Source of the DNA: Vicugna vicugna | Taxonomy: Eukaryota | Direction: 5' to 3' | DNA: 34,972 nucleotides | Assembly (NCBI GenBank): GCA_013265495.1 | Contig: MU057395.1 | Span: forward strand, 1 to 34,972 | Notes under the pieces: model-generated | The model's input: only the letters and a program-made list of their open reading frames with translations | Database searches by the model: none | What the model was told of the DNA's origin: nothing | Translations under genes and position numbers: made by a program | Shown: in pieces, positions 1-12,410 of the stretch | Numbering within the stretch: the first letter of the stretch is position 1 | Layout of the letters: the number at the start of each line of letters is the position of its first letter

Positions 1-798
1 TAAGCAGTAGACAATAGTTTTCAGGAAAAAATGTAAACTTTCTGTGAAAAAGAGCATGATTTTTCTTAATTAAGACTTTCATTGAGTTTGTGCACCTAAT
101 GCATCATCAAGTGCTCTCACTAAACTTATCCTGAAACTCAGACCTAAGTCTCTGTGATCATTCTGCAAAACTTGTTCCCATACCCTGTCTGTATTCTCTT
201 AAGTAGTCATGTCATTTTATAGATTATTGCTCTACCTTAAATTAAATCGTTAATTCTAATCCATTCTATTCAACAATTTGCAATGATTTCAGCTATAGAT
301 TCAAAAGAATATTTCTTAAATTTCATCCACTGTTTATGTGTGTTCATTGTAGTAATACATATTTTCTCTGTCTTCTCAGTATTGGAAGTAGTATTATTCT
401 CTCACATTTATTTTAAATTATGTGATCATTCATTATAGACATTTTATGTAATTATGCCTTTCATGTAATTATTGTCTATATTTGAGAAGAGCTATCAAAA
501 ATTTACCCTATATTTACCCTTATACCCAGAGTAGTGAATTTTATTTATATTAAAGTAATTTTATAAAGTTACTTTCTTTTCACAGTGATTTTTTTAAGAA
601 GTTGACATGCAAAATTATCAGTTATTGGTGTGAATAATAAAGATACAAAAATGGCTTGAGTAGGGCTCAACAGAATCTCGGTTAAAGAAAGGTTGAGAAA
701 TTTGCTGTTACTCACATGTGTATTATTAAAAAACAAAGAAGATTACAAGCTTCAAAAATAAATCTCTGTGGCTATTTATTCTTGTTTTTGACACAATG

Positions 799-1111
799 GT
801 TTTTTTTAATTTAATTTAATTTAATTTAATTTAATTTTTTCAAATGAGGTGCCACATTTGGGGTTTTTTTCTTATTTTTTAAACTTTTTTCATTGAGTTA
901 TAGTCATTTTACAAATTTGTGTCAAATTCCAGTGTAGAGCACAGTTTTTCAGTTATACATGAACACACATATATATATATTCATTGTCACATTTTTTTTT
1001 GCTGTGAGCTACCACAAGTTCTTGTATACATTTCCCTGTGCTATACAGTATAATCTTGTTTATCTATTCTACATATGCCTGTCAGTATCTACAAATTTTG
1101 AACTGCCAGTC
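799..1111 (-). mobile_element. 5'-truncated young L1 3' end with poly(A)/(TTAAA)n tail and target-site duplication
   Basis: L1 3'UTR-like sequence at ~865-1111 and a T-rich/(AATTT)n tail at 800-840. It is flanked by the direct repeat TTGACACAATG at 788-798 and 1112-1122; the right copy is followed by TTTT/AAAA, the L1 endonuclease consensus. Confidence 0.8.
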
Positions 1112-1146
1112 TTGACACAATGTTTTAAAAATATTATTTTCTCTTA

Positions 1147-1898
1147 CTAAGATGAGAGCAAGGCAGTTCTTTTGATTAAGTCCTTAAAGGCTTTCTTAAC
1201 TTGATTATTTCCAAGGTATAAATAAATTGGTTTAATGTAGGTGCAACAGAAAACATGAGCAGTGAAACCATTTTTTTAATAGTCACTTCTTCCTTTGCTG
1301 CAGGATTCATATAGATGAAAATGCATGTGCCATAGGTGAGGGAAACCACAATCATGTGGGAAGAACAGGTGGAAAAAGCCTTTTTCCTTTGCTGAACAGA
1401 ATAGAACCAAAAAATTGTCTTGCTGATGTAAGCGTATGACAGAAACACACAAGTAAGAGTCTTATTCAGGGTCAGCACAGCACAGATTATAACAGTCTGT
1501 TCCATTAACCATGGGTCTGAGCATGAGATTTCCACTAAGGGAAATGCATCACAGGCAAAATGATCAATCTTGTTAGAGTCACAAAATTTTAGGTTTAAAC
1601 CCAGCCTAAGTGGTGGGATTAAAATACNNNNNNNNNNNNNNNNNNNNNNNNNNNNNNNNNNNNNNNNNNNNNNNNNNNNNNNNNNNNNNNNNNNNNNNNN
1701 NNNNNNNNNNNNTTTTTTTAAAAAATAGTACATGGGTGTTTTAAGATGGGAATCCACAAATGAGAGTGTGATGATGGTCAGGTTTCCAGTTACACTCAGT
1801 GTGTAGTTGATAAATAGAAAGATAAAAATCAGCACCTGTAGCTCAGGGTCATCTGTGAGTCCCAGAGGAATGAATGTTGTTACTGTACCACTTCTTGT
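1147..1898 (-). pseudogene. Olfactory receptor pseudogene, OR6C-like family
   Basis: Motifs [70 protein letters not shown]. The expected ATG position (1898-1896) reads ACA. A 1-bp deletion near 1211-1213 shifts the (R)NNQVKKAFKDLIKR tail out of frame; the restored stop is TAG at 1149-1147. TM2-TM4 fall in an N-gap. Confidence 0.9.
1628..1712. other. Assembly gap (85 N)
   Basis: Run of N inside the OR pseudogene. Confidence 1.
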
Positions 1899-4039
1899 CA
1901 CTGACTTCTGACTTCTCTCCAATCTCTGTGTGATATTCAGAGAAATTTGCTTATAGATTGTAGAGTATTTTAACTGATGTAAAATTAATGTTTTTAAGCT
2001 TTTATATTTAATCATACAATATTGTCTATAAATAAATATGTGTAGTCACATTTTACGTGTTGCTAGTTTTTAGGTTAAGTGTGTTTAATTCTTATAAACT
2101 ACCTAAGCCATGATGCTCACCCACCAACCCCTGCCACGTAGTCCACGTGTCTGTTTTTGCATTATCTTTCCTGAATGTGTGTATGTTTCCTGCTGATGCA
2201 TGTGATGACTGCCCTCTCTTCCCTTCTGCACCTTCCAGTCAATGAATTATCATCATTGATGCTACACTAGTAGGGATTCAGATGTTTCTAATGTACAATT
2301 AGTGTTTGATGTCTTGGAGTTTTCTGACATCAATCAAGAAAAATTATTTTCCCCTTGTGTACCTGGTTCATTTGTTTTATGAGTATATTTGCTTTATTGT
2401 TTGACCTATTGCAATCTCTTCTTCCTGAGATTGGGCAGTCTAGGTTGTGACCGTGTACTCAGCTCCAGTGTTTCCAAAATAGAGAAAAGTCACTAATTGA
2501 GGATTATGGCTACACAAAAGTTAAAATTCTCTTAGTAAATTTAGTCTTCCATTCAAGTAGTTATATCAAATTGAGATGTAGAAGGAATATAAAAATACAT
2601 ATATGTATTCATATTCAGTCTACCCACCTTCCTTTCATTTTTCTCCTAACCTCTCAGATGATATGTGCATCCTTGTGAAATTTACTCTGCTCTTCATCTT
2701 TGACCATTTTTCAGTCCTTGAAATATATCTCTTTCTATAAGACATTGCAACTTACTTTATAATAGAAATTAGTAAACAGATTGACAATAAAGTGTAAGTA
2801 TCTGTTTTCTGAGTATTGTATCTTTCAGAGTGCTGAATGTGAACACAGGGATCTGTAAGAGGTTTTCATTCCAGTCACAGTGCTATTTGTAGGGAGGATG
2901 AGAAGAGGAATGAAAGGGCATGCTTGTATACTTCTTTATACAGGAAGACATTCTTTTTAGTTTGAGGTTGAATACACTGTGTATTTCTTATATTTAGTGA
3001 GATAGAGATTTTTTTTACGTATCTTAAGAAATCTCCCAGGCAGTGAGATTTATCTACATAAGGGAAATTCACTCTAAAATTTGACATCTGAATAATGTAT
3101 CTTATATACATTAAAAATGTAAATTATTACCAAATTTCATTTTTGTTTCCAGAGGAAAATATAACCTAGATCCTACAAAGGCAATTACAATCAAAGAGAC
3201 AAACTTTATCATGCTTACTCCTCTGTTAATAAATCAGAGCTTCTAATGGTTGTTTAAACACAGCAAATTTAAAATTACAATGTTAAAGTCATGTTTTAAT
3301 AAAGGTATTTGTATCTTCACATTCAGGGCTTGTCTGGGAATACATAGATCTCCCTTTGTTCAGCATCTCCAACAAATTGGGAAGATTTGCATATCCTGCG
3401 CTTAGTGCTATTATAAATATTCAAATATTTTCTTGCTTTCTCCATCACTAAAACAAAAATAAATCATATTAAGGGCTGAGGAAGTCTCCCCACTGGGTGG
3501 AGGAGATGCATTTTAAACCATCAGGACACAGAGACATGCTTTTCCAATGTGCAATGTGACTTTTCTCTTTAATTTGCCAAAAATGCCACTAAGTGAAAAA
3601 AAGAAACAGTCCCTACTGACCTGCAGTCAAGAACCACTACTTAATTTCCTGGGTAACGAAGTGTGGCACAGACACAAGTAAAGCAGTCGTCAGTGGGGAC
3701 TGGGTCCTTGAGACAGGAGGATGTTACAGCAGCGTTTGACACAAGTCAGGAGGACAGCTGTAGCATTTCAATTACACAGCTCATTAAAAAAACCTCACAT
3801 ATAATAAGACATTTTGAATATTGTAATTCTTTATTATTTGAATAAAATCCTTTATTATATGAATGTTTATTATTAGTGGAGAATTTCAATCAGGTAAGAA
3901 AAAGTAATAGTTTATAACATTATCCAAGGTGACTGCTTACATTAGAGGCCTTATCTTTCCAGATACTCCTTTCTGTAAATATGTAGACTGTGTTTCTCAT
4001 GATTACATAAAAATTTGCAACCACATCTGATAATCGGAT

Positions 4040-4160
4040 ACAAAACAAGCTTTTGTAGTTGTACAACAAAATGAGTGTATTAATTCTGTTGAATTTTACA
4101 CTTAAAAAAATGATCAAAATTGTGTATTTTGTTATGTATATTTCATGACAATAAAAATAT
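4040..4160 (+). mobile_element. Old L1M (L1MB-like) 3' end fragment
   Basis: GAGTGTATTAATTCTGTTGAATTTTACACTTAAAAAAATGATCAAAATTG...ATGTATATTTCATGACAATAAAAA resembles the recalled L1MB 3' terminus. Confidence 0.6.
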
Positions 4161-4199
4161 AAACTTTTTAAAATTTAAACATATCTTAATTTATCATAT

Positions 4200-5105
4200 C
4201 ATATAATTTCCCAATTATTCACTATTAATAATGTTGGCTAGTAAGTATGTAGTGTTTTCCCTTTATGATTGTAATTTTCATATATCTCAAGCTAATTATG
4301 TGGAAAATCATTTGTGTGTTGCTATCTGTTTATCTTCCTTGGTGAAATATGTGTTACTGAGTTTTGATAATTCTTTATATAGTCTGGGTACAAGACTTTT
4401 GTCAGATATGTGATTCAAAATTATTTTCTCCCAGTTTATGGCTAGTCATATTCTTAATAGTGTCTTTCTAAGAGGAGAAATTTTTAGTTTTTGTGAATGG
4501 CATTTCATCATTTTAAAAAATGCATCAGGTATTTACTGTTTTATCTGAACGTCTTTGCTTAATTGAACAACAATTTTCTTCATATGTTTCTCCTAGAAGT
4601 ATTACAGTTTATTTTATGTATAGGTCTGTGACTCACTTTGAGTTAGTTTTTGTAAATTTATTTGTAAATAGTATAAGATACATATCAAAGTTCATTACAA
4701 ATATGGCTATCCAATAATTGCTTTTTGCATTTCTTTCAAAAATCAATTGACCATAAACATAAGGGTTTACTTCTAGAATCTTAGTTCTTTTTCACTCACC
4801 CATTTCTGTAACTTTACATCAATATCATGCTGTCTTGATTATTTAGCTTTCTTTGTGTTTGAATAAGGTAGGCAGTATAGCTGTGTTCTTTTTCAGGGTT
4901 GACTTGGTTATTCTAGGCCTTTTCAATTTCCAGAATAATTTTATACTCAAGTGCACAATATTTTCACCAAAAAATTTTGCTTGAATTTTGATTAAGACTG
5001 ACTTGAATCAACACAACATTGTAAAATGATTATAAATCAATAAAAAAAATTTAAAAAAGAATGATTTGAATCTATACATTAATTTGGAAATAATTGAAAT
5101 CCTAG
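4200..5105 (-). mobile_element. Degraded ancient L1M ORF2 fragment
   Basis: Antisense L1 signatures, e.g. TTCTTTATATAGTCTGGGTACAAGACTTTTGTCAGATATGTGATT, AGGTCTGTGACTCACTTTGAGTTAGTTTTTGTA, AAAAATCAATTGACCATA. Confidence 0.7.
5010..5056 (+). mobile_element. Extremely 5'-truncated (~47 bp) young L1 3' tip with TSD
   Basis: AACACAACATTGTAAAATGATTATAAATCAATAAAAAAAATTTAAAA matches the reverse complement of the L1 end at ~875-925. Flanked by AAGACTGACTTGAATC (4994-5009) and AAGAATGATTTGAATC (5057-5072), 14/16 identical. Confidence 0.75.
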
Positions 5106-5149
5106 AATGTGATGAACACACACTTTCTATTGCCTTCAGTCACAAAGAT

Positions 5150-5425
5150 TACAAGTGCTATTTGTAGAGGGATTTTGCATACATAGTAAGGGTCAAAATA
5201 GTTGACTTTAAGACAAGGAAATTATCTTTGCTGAGCCTTACTTAATCAAATGAACCATTGAAAAGGATGGAGGCATCTACTGGTGAAAGCAATTTGAAAC
5301 ATGTAAGACTTGACATGAAGACTGTCTGTTTCTGGCTCTGATGTCGGAGGAGGTCACGAGGCACTCCCCCTCTTGGAGTGGAGAGTAGCCGCTGCCTGAC
5401 AATGAGCTAGGAAATGGGGACCACC
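5150..5425 (+). mobile_element. ERVL-MaLR LTR fragment (MLT1-like)
   Basis: GGGATTTTGCATACATAGTAAGGGTCAAAATAGTTGACTTTAAGACAAGGAAATTATC...CTTAATCAAATGAACCATTGAAAAG resembles recalled MLT1 LTR consensus; subfamily not determined. Confidence 0.5.
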
Positions 5426-5620
5426 ATCTGATGGACGAGGTCCAGGAGAAATCAGGCACAAGCTCTCAGGAGTCCCCTCACAGTGAAATCACATAGGGAA
5501 GACCTTAATTCTCCAGCAACAATGTGTGCCTGCATGTGCAAAGTCCAGCTGGTTGGGAAGCTCCCCTGAGCCTTCGGGCCCAGGGGTCTTACTGGTGGTT
5601 GGTCACACAAGTCTGCAGGG

Positions 5621-5978
5621 NNNNNNNNNNNNNNNNNNNNNNNNNNNNNNNNNNNNNNNNNNNNNNNNNNNNNNNNNNNNNNNNNNNNNNNNNNNNNNNN
5701 NNNNNNNNNNNNNNNNNNNNNNNNNNNNNNNNNNNNNNNNNNNNNNNNNNNNNNNNNNNNNNNNNNNNNNNNNNNNNNNNNNNNNNNNNNNNNNNNNNNN
5801 NNNNNNNNNNNNNNNNNNNNNNNNNNNNNNNNNNNNNNNNNNNNNNNNNNNNNNNNNNNNNNNNNNNNNNNNNNNNNNNNNNNNNNNNNNNNNNNNNNNN
5901 NNNNNNNNNNNNNNNNNNNNNNNNNNNNNNNNNNNNNNNNNNNNNNNNNNNNNNNNNNNNNNNNNNNNNNNNNNNNNN
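5621..5978. other. Assembly gap (358 N)
   Basis: Run of N. Confidence 1.
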
Positions 5979-6105
5979 AAATTTTATTTAAAAAACTTGA
6001 TATGAATAAATAGGTAAAGATTAATTAAAACATGTTTACACATACATGTATTTTGTACACATATATCTATCAGCATACATATATTTGCACATATAATATA
6101 ATAGA

Positions 6106-6865
6106 NNNNNNNNNNNNNNNNNNNNNNNNNNNNNNNNNNNNNNNNNNNNNNNNNNNNNNNNNNNNNNNNNNNNNNNNNNNNNNNNNNNNNNNNNNNNNNN
6201 NNNNNNNNNNNNNNNNNNNNNNNNNNNNNNNNNNNNNNNNNNNNNNNNNNNNNNNNNNNNNNNNNNNNNNNNNNNNNNNNNNNNNNNNNNNNNNNNNNNN
6301 NNNNNNNNNNNNNNNNNNNNNNNNNNNNNNNNNNNNNNNNNNNNNNNNNNNNNNNNNNNNNNNNNNNNNNNNNNNNNNNNNNNNNNNNNNNNNNNNNNNN
6401 NNNNNNNNNNNNNNNNNNNNNNNNNNNNNNNNNNNNNNNNNNNNNNNNNNNNNNNNNNNNNNNNNNNNNNNNNNNNNNNNNNNNNNNNNNNNNNNNNNNN
6501 NNNNNNNNNNNNNNNNNNNNNNNNNNNNNNNNNNNNNNNNNNNNNNNNNNNNNNNNNNNNNNNNNNNNNNNNNNNNNNNNNNNNNNNNNNNNNNNNNNNN
6601 NNNNNNNNNNNNNNNNNNNNNNNNNNNNNNNNNNNNNNNNNNNNNNNNNNNNNNNNNNNNNNNNNNNNNNNNNNNNNNNNNNNNNNNNNNNNNNNNNNNN
6701 NNNNNNNNNNNNNNNNNNNNNNNNNNNNNNNNNNNNNNNNNNNNNNNNNNNNNNNNNNNNNNNNNNNNNNNNNNNNNNNNNNNNNNNNNNNNNNNNNNNN
6801 NNNNNNNNNNNNNNNNNNNNNNNNNNNNNNNNNNNNNNNNNNNNNNNNNNNNNNNNNNNNNNNNN
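6106..6865. other. Assembly gap (760 N)
   Basis: Run of N. Confidence 1.
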
Positions 6866-7029
6866 TAACCTATTTGCTGTGTGGATGAAAGATAAAACAT
6901 TTTGATTTGGTATTGCTTTTCTGACTGAAGTAATTATTAACTGAACCATGATTTTCCTAATGAACTAAAAATAGCCCACTTTTATATAAGAAGCAAAATA
7001 AAACTTTATATAAAATTAAAAGCTGTTAG

Positions 7030-8900
7030 TCTATACTTTCATGATCTGAAGTGTTCTACTAAACATTTTATTTTTTTCTTATGCCAATACCATATTAATT
7101 TGATTTCATTGATCTATAATATGTTTTGATATTGTATAAAGTAAGTTTTTATTTGCTAATTTTTATTTTTCATGTATGTGTTTTACATTCATGAGATTTA
7201 ATTCTTCCATACTAATTTAGTGGTAGTTTATGCAATAAGCTGTTTCTAATTGGAATTCTATCAAATTTACACATTAATAGTGAGCAAATTGGTATTTTTA
7301 TGATGTAATGCATTGAACCCATAATGGGATATATTCCTTGGCAGTCATAATGATTGTTTTGATTTCCAGGATCTTATTGTTAACTAAAATATTGTCAATT
7401 GATTTGTTTGAATATATTCTTTCTTTATCAAAGTTACTAAATGTTCTTGTTAAGTCTTATTAGTTTCCTATTAGATTTTGTTGTTTTCTAGGTACATAGT
7501 AATGTTATCAGGAAGGAAATATGTTTTACTGACTCTAAGTGCATGTCATTATTTCAAGGACTTATAGGTGTCTTTATGAGAAATGTTAGTGATTAAAATA
7601 TGCACACTATTAAGAAGGCATATCTACCCTTCAAAGATGTAAAAACTTGAAAAAAATATGGCTTTCATAATTTCTACCGACACTAGTTTCATAGCTTCAT
7701 TCTGATAATCCAACCATTTTATTGTTCATGTTATGGCATTTTCAAGATGGCAATGAAATTTTGAATATCAATGATGAAAGTGAGTATCCTCATTTTTCCC
7801 CCCTCATTTGTTTCTTGATTTTAATTAAGAAGAACAGAAGACACTATAAAATTCTGTATTTTTATTTCTTTAGAAATTTTAATCTTATTTTAGTAGTTCA
7901 TCATATTCTTTTTTACTTTAAATTTGTTAGGAGAGATTTTTGATTTTTTTTCTTCCAGTGATCATTTAATTAATCAAAATCCATGTATAAACTTCCTTTA
8001 TTTTGTTGTTATAACAAAACTAGTTATTTTTCATATATATGTGTATGTGTACATATGTTTCTGTATCCGTATACATTTCTCTATATCACTATCATCTATC
8101 TCCACTCTTGTATTATTTAGATTAATCTTGATCATAGTATAATTTTTGACTTTTTTAGATTCTATTTGAAATAGCCTACATACATTCAGCAGTGAATTTG
8201 TTTAATCATTTATCTTATAATGTCTTCATCAGATTTTTTTCAAATATTAAGACATTTTCATAAAATTCCATGGGGAGAGTGTTTTTTCTTTAATTGTTTG
8301 CATAGTTGAAATCGTAATGAGATTTTCTAGTGTTTTACCATGGTTAGTTTTATACTAATTTGGTCCTTTCATTTCTTCAGAAATTATTTTTATTTGCCTT
8401 CCTTAATATTTTATGGAGATCGGTATATTTGTTTTCCACACCTTGAATTAATTTTTGAAATTCTGTTTTGCTAAATCTTTTTTCATGAACTTTGAGTCTT
8501 CATATATATTTCATTTTTGTTGTGGGATTGCTATAGTTCATCTATCAAGTTATTCTAATTCATACTGCTTCAGTATTTATATTTTAAGATTGGTAACCTT
8601 ACACATTTTGCTGTTTTGTATTCATTCATGTTTCTGAGAAACATCAATTTTCATGAAAGTTTTTAAAGAATCAACTTTTAGATTTATTTATCATTTAAAT
8701 TTTATTCATTTTTTATCTAAAATTCATGTTGTACATGCTTTGGATTACTTTCATGGCTTACAAAATTTTATATTGAGCAGGAGTTGTTTTATTTTTTGTT
8801 CAGTTTAGTTTTTAAAAATAATGAATATATGTTTGGATAAAAAATTCTTTGATTTCTTCTGAGTATAGCTTTTTTGTGCTTTAGGTGAATTGTTACGAAG
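7030..8900 (-). mobile_element. Highly degraded ancient L1 remnants (approximate limits)
   Basis: Very T-rich with scattered antisense-L1-like phrases (TTTATGCCAATACCATATTAATTTGATT, GTTTTCTAGGTACATAGTAATGTTATC, TTTTTAAAGAATCAACTTTTAGATTT). Confidence 0.4.
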
Positions 8901-9969
8901 TGTCTCTATCTCGTGGCATAGGTAATTGTAAGCTTTCAAAGATTAATTTGGATTCACTACATAATTTTTCATACATACTATTAGTAAATATAGAATTTGG
9001 GCTGTGAAATCTCTCTCTTGGATAGAAAGAGGAACATATTAATGATCCCCATGTCCACATTTGTAGCTCATAAGTCAAGAAGAGACAGAAGAATTTCTAA
9101 GAGAAAATTGTTTTCCTTTTATGAGGGTGGCCACTTTTTTCTCTTAAATCCCATTTTGAAAGTCTTGATTTTATACTATTATGTCAGTCCCGTGTACTGT
9201 CACCACTTGGACCCTGACACTTCATCTCTCATCTCCATGTGGGCTTTTAAACCCAAGCCTCTAACTCATAATCCCAGAACTTGGCCCTCTCCAACCTCCA
9301 TTTAGTGCTTTCCTGGAAATCCAAGGGTTATACATAGGTTTATTTTTCTTCATTTCTGATTGTTCTGTATCTCTGATACCTTGTGATTGCCGATATTTTA
9401 ACCTTCTCTCTTAGCTATATTCCAAAGAGTATTTGTCAGATTTTACCCAGAATAGTTTTTTGTTTTTAATGAATTTTACTAGAATATTAGAAATGTTATT
9501 ATTGTCTTTCTCAATTGTTCCTTGCATTATGACGTCATGCCTTCAATAATCCTACTCAGTACTTTATTATACAGTTTCAATTCTTACTTGAATTTAAAAA
9601 AAATTTTTTTGCAAATCTGCATACAGTAATCAGCAGTATCATGCTGCCAGTTTTATGGAGAACTAAAGAATGATCTTTATTAAACCATGAAATTTAATTA
9701 TATGGGGTTGTATTTATGTATAAATAAATGATAGTAAATATTCTTTCACTTTGTTCACTGAGACAGATCTCCTTTAAGAATTTGAGTAAAAACCAAAGGA
9801 AATAAATTGAGTTGATTAAGGTGCAGTGTAAAGTAAATCTAAAGAGGAACAGAAAAACATAACAACTGAAATATAGATTATTAAAGATGGACAATTATAA
9901 GCTTCAGTAGAAAGGTTAGTAGCCATTAACCTTTTATTTTAACTTCATTTACTGACCGCTATTTTATTT

Positions 9970-10498
9970 GACTTCCTTAAGAATGATGCAGTGCTTCTGA
10001 TTGAGTCATTGATGACTTTCTTCACTTGCTTATTTCTCGGTGTATAAATAAATGGATCTAACAGGTGAAATGGAAGAAATGAGTAGTGAGACCACTTTAT
10101 TAATAGTCACTTCTTCCTTGGCTGTAGGAATTATGTGGATGAACATGTACGCACCACAAGTGATGGAAACCACAATCATGTGGGAAGACAGGTGGAAAAG
10201 GCCTTTTTTCTTTGCTGGGCACATGGAAGTCCTAAAATTGTCTTGATGATTTAAGCATAGGATAGAATTACACACATAAGAGTAAAGTGAGGGTTGGCAA
10301 AGCACAGATTACAACAATTTGCTTGATGAACCATGTGTCTGAACATGATATTTGAGGAGGGGGAAATCATCACAGAGAAGGTGATCAATTTGACTCACAG
10401 AATTTCAGATTTAGCCCCAGACTAAGTGGGGAGGTTATGAGCAACATTCCAGCCAACCAAGAGCAAAAAACAAGTCTCTGGCAAACTCTACTGTTCAT
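9970..10498 (-). pseudogene. 5'-truncated olfactory receptor pseudogene fragment, OR6C-like (intracellular loop 2 to C-terminus)
   Basis: Across shifting frames: MNSRVCQRLVFCSWLAGMLLITSPLSLGLNLKFCESN; SSHMIVVSITCGAYMFIHIIPTAKEEVTINKVVSLLISSISP; PFIYTPRNKQVKKVINDSI. Several frameshifts; clearly paralogous to 1147-1627; TM1-TM3 absent. Confidence 0.9.
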
Positions 10499-11033
10499 CC
10501 ATGTAGCTACAAATGGCATTATTTTATTTTCTTCTATGGCTGAGTAGTATTCCACTGTATAAATATACAACAACTTATTTATACAGTCATTTGTCAATGG
10601 ACATTTAGGTTGTTTCCATGTCTTGGATATTGTATATAGTGCTGCTATGAACATTGGGGTGCATGTGTCTTTTGAATGAAGGTTCTGTCTGGATATATAC
10701 CCAGGAGTGGGACTGCTGGATAATCTGGTAAGTCTATTTTTAGATTTTTGAGGAATCTCCGTACTATTTTCCATAATGGCTGTACCAAATTACATTCCCA
10801 CCAGTGTAGGAGGATTCCCTTTTCTCCACAGACTCTCCACCATTTATCATTTGTGGACTTTTGAATGATGGCCATTTCTGATCAGTGTGAGGTGATACCT
10901 TATTGTAGTTTTGATTTGCATTTCTCTGATAATTAGCGATACTGAGCATGTTTTCATGTGCCTATTGGCCATTTGTATGTCTTAATTGGAGAGTTGCTTA
11001 TTTAGGTCTTCTGCCCATTTTTGGATTGGGTTG
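10493..11033 (-). mobile_element. L1 fragment: ORF2 C-terminus and following region, 3' end and poly(A) missing
   Basis: Peptides [35 protein letters not shown] and KDTCTPMFIAALYTISKTWKQPKCP are L1 ORF2 C-terminal motifs. Confidence 0.92.
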
Positions 11034-12279
11034 AAAGTAGATGCAGAAAAAGCACTGAATAAAATTCAACACCCACTTATGATAAAAATCTAACCAAAGT
11101 GGGTATAGTGGGAACATATCTCAACATATAAAAAGCTATTTATGATGAACCTACAGCCAGCATAATATGTTCAATAGTGAAAACTTGAAAGACTTTGTGC
11201 TAAAATCCGGAACAAGGATGTTCACACTCACCACTTCCATTCAATATAGTATTGGAAGTCCTAGCCATAGCAATTAGACAAGAAAAAGAAATAAAAGGGA
11301 TCCAAATTGGAAGAGAAGAGGTAAAATTGTCACTATATGTGGATAACATGATACTATATATAGAAAACCCTAAAGGCTCCAACAAAAACTTCTAGAGCTG
11401 ATAAAAGAATTCAGCAAGGTAGCAGGATGCAAGATTAACATACAATTCAGTTGCATTTCTTTACACTAACAATAAACTACCAGAAAAGGAAAGTAAAGAA
11501 ATAATCCCTTTTAAAATTGCATCCCCCAAATAACATACTTAGGAATAAATCTGGCAAAGCAAATGAAAGACTTATACGTAGAGAACTACAAAACATTGTA
11601 AGAAAATTAAAGATGACTTAAAGAAATGGAAGGACAAGCCATGCTCTTGGACTGGAAGAATTAATATTGTTAAAATGGCCATCTTACCCAAAGCAATCTA
11701 CAGATTTAATGCAAACCCTAGCATATCACCCAGGACATTTTTCACAAAACTGCATCAAACCATCCTAAAATTTATATGCAATCACAAAAGACCCAGAATT
11801 ACCAAAGCATTATTGAAGAAGAAGACCAAAGCTGGAGGAATAACCCTCCCAGACTTCAGACAATACTACGGAGCTACAGTCATACATGGTATTAGTACAA
11901 AAACAGACATATGGATCAAGGGAACAGAATAGAGAGCCCAGAGGTAAACCGACAGACCTTTGGTCAACTAATTTTTGACAAAGGAAGCAAAAACATACGA
12001 TGGAGTAAAGACACTGACTTCAGAAAATGGTATAGGGAAAATTCGACCGCTGCATGTAAATCAGTGAAGTTAGACTACCCCCTCACACCATACCCAAAAA
12101 TACATTCAAAATGGCTTAACAACTTAAACATAAGATAAGATACTAGAAACCTCTCAGAAGAAAACATAGGCAAAACATTATCTGACATACTCCTCAGCAG
12201 TGTTCCCCTAAGGCAGTCTACCCAAGCAACAGAAATAAAAGCACAAATAAACTAATGGGACCTAACTGTACTTAGAAGC
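11034..12279 (+). mobile_element. L1 ORF2 reverse-transcriptase region fragment, inverted relative to 10493-11033
   Basis: Begins at GTAGATGCAGAAAAAGCA (DAEKA motif); includes the CTATATGTGGATAACATGATA (FADDM-equivalent) region, [13 protein letters not shown] and [14 protein letters not shown]; disrupted by stops and frameshifts. Confidence 0.92.
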
Positions 12280-12410
12280 AGAGGCCACCCCCAGGTCACA
12301 CTGTGGGAGAGATGGGAGCAAATGAATGGCTCCCAAGGGGCAGCCCCCCTCCTCCTGCAGCTGCTACTGCCACCACCTCCCAAGCCCCCTGAGCACACTG
12401 AACCCACTGT
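12274..12410 (+). repeat. Isolated copy of the GC-rich repeat unit found at 14345-15250
   Basis: AGAAGCAGAGGCCACCCC (12274-12291) is identical to 15179-15196; continues GGGAGAGATGGGAGCAAAT...AGGGGCAGCCCCCCTC like the other units. Confidence 0.8.

Noticed and set aside
1899..2015. Upstream Met extending the OR ORF by 39 aa
   Set aside because: No OR similarity and AT-rich; a plausible splice acceptor (TTCTCTGAATATCACACAG, minus strand, ~1926) would make that ATG intronic.
3200..3660. OR promoter or 5'UTR exon (GTAAG donor on minus ~3213-3217, TATA-like ~3410, O/E-like TTCCTGGG ~3646)
   Set aside because: Short motifs expected by chance in AT-rich DNA; not supportable without transcript data.
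5524..6949. Long ORFs of 155-321 aa
   Set aside because: Artefacts of N-gaps (poly-X).
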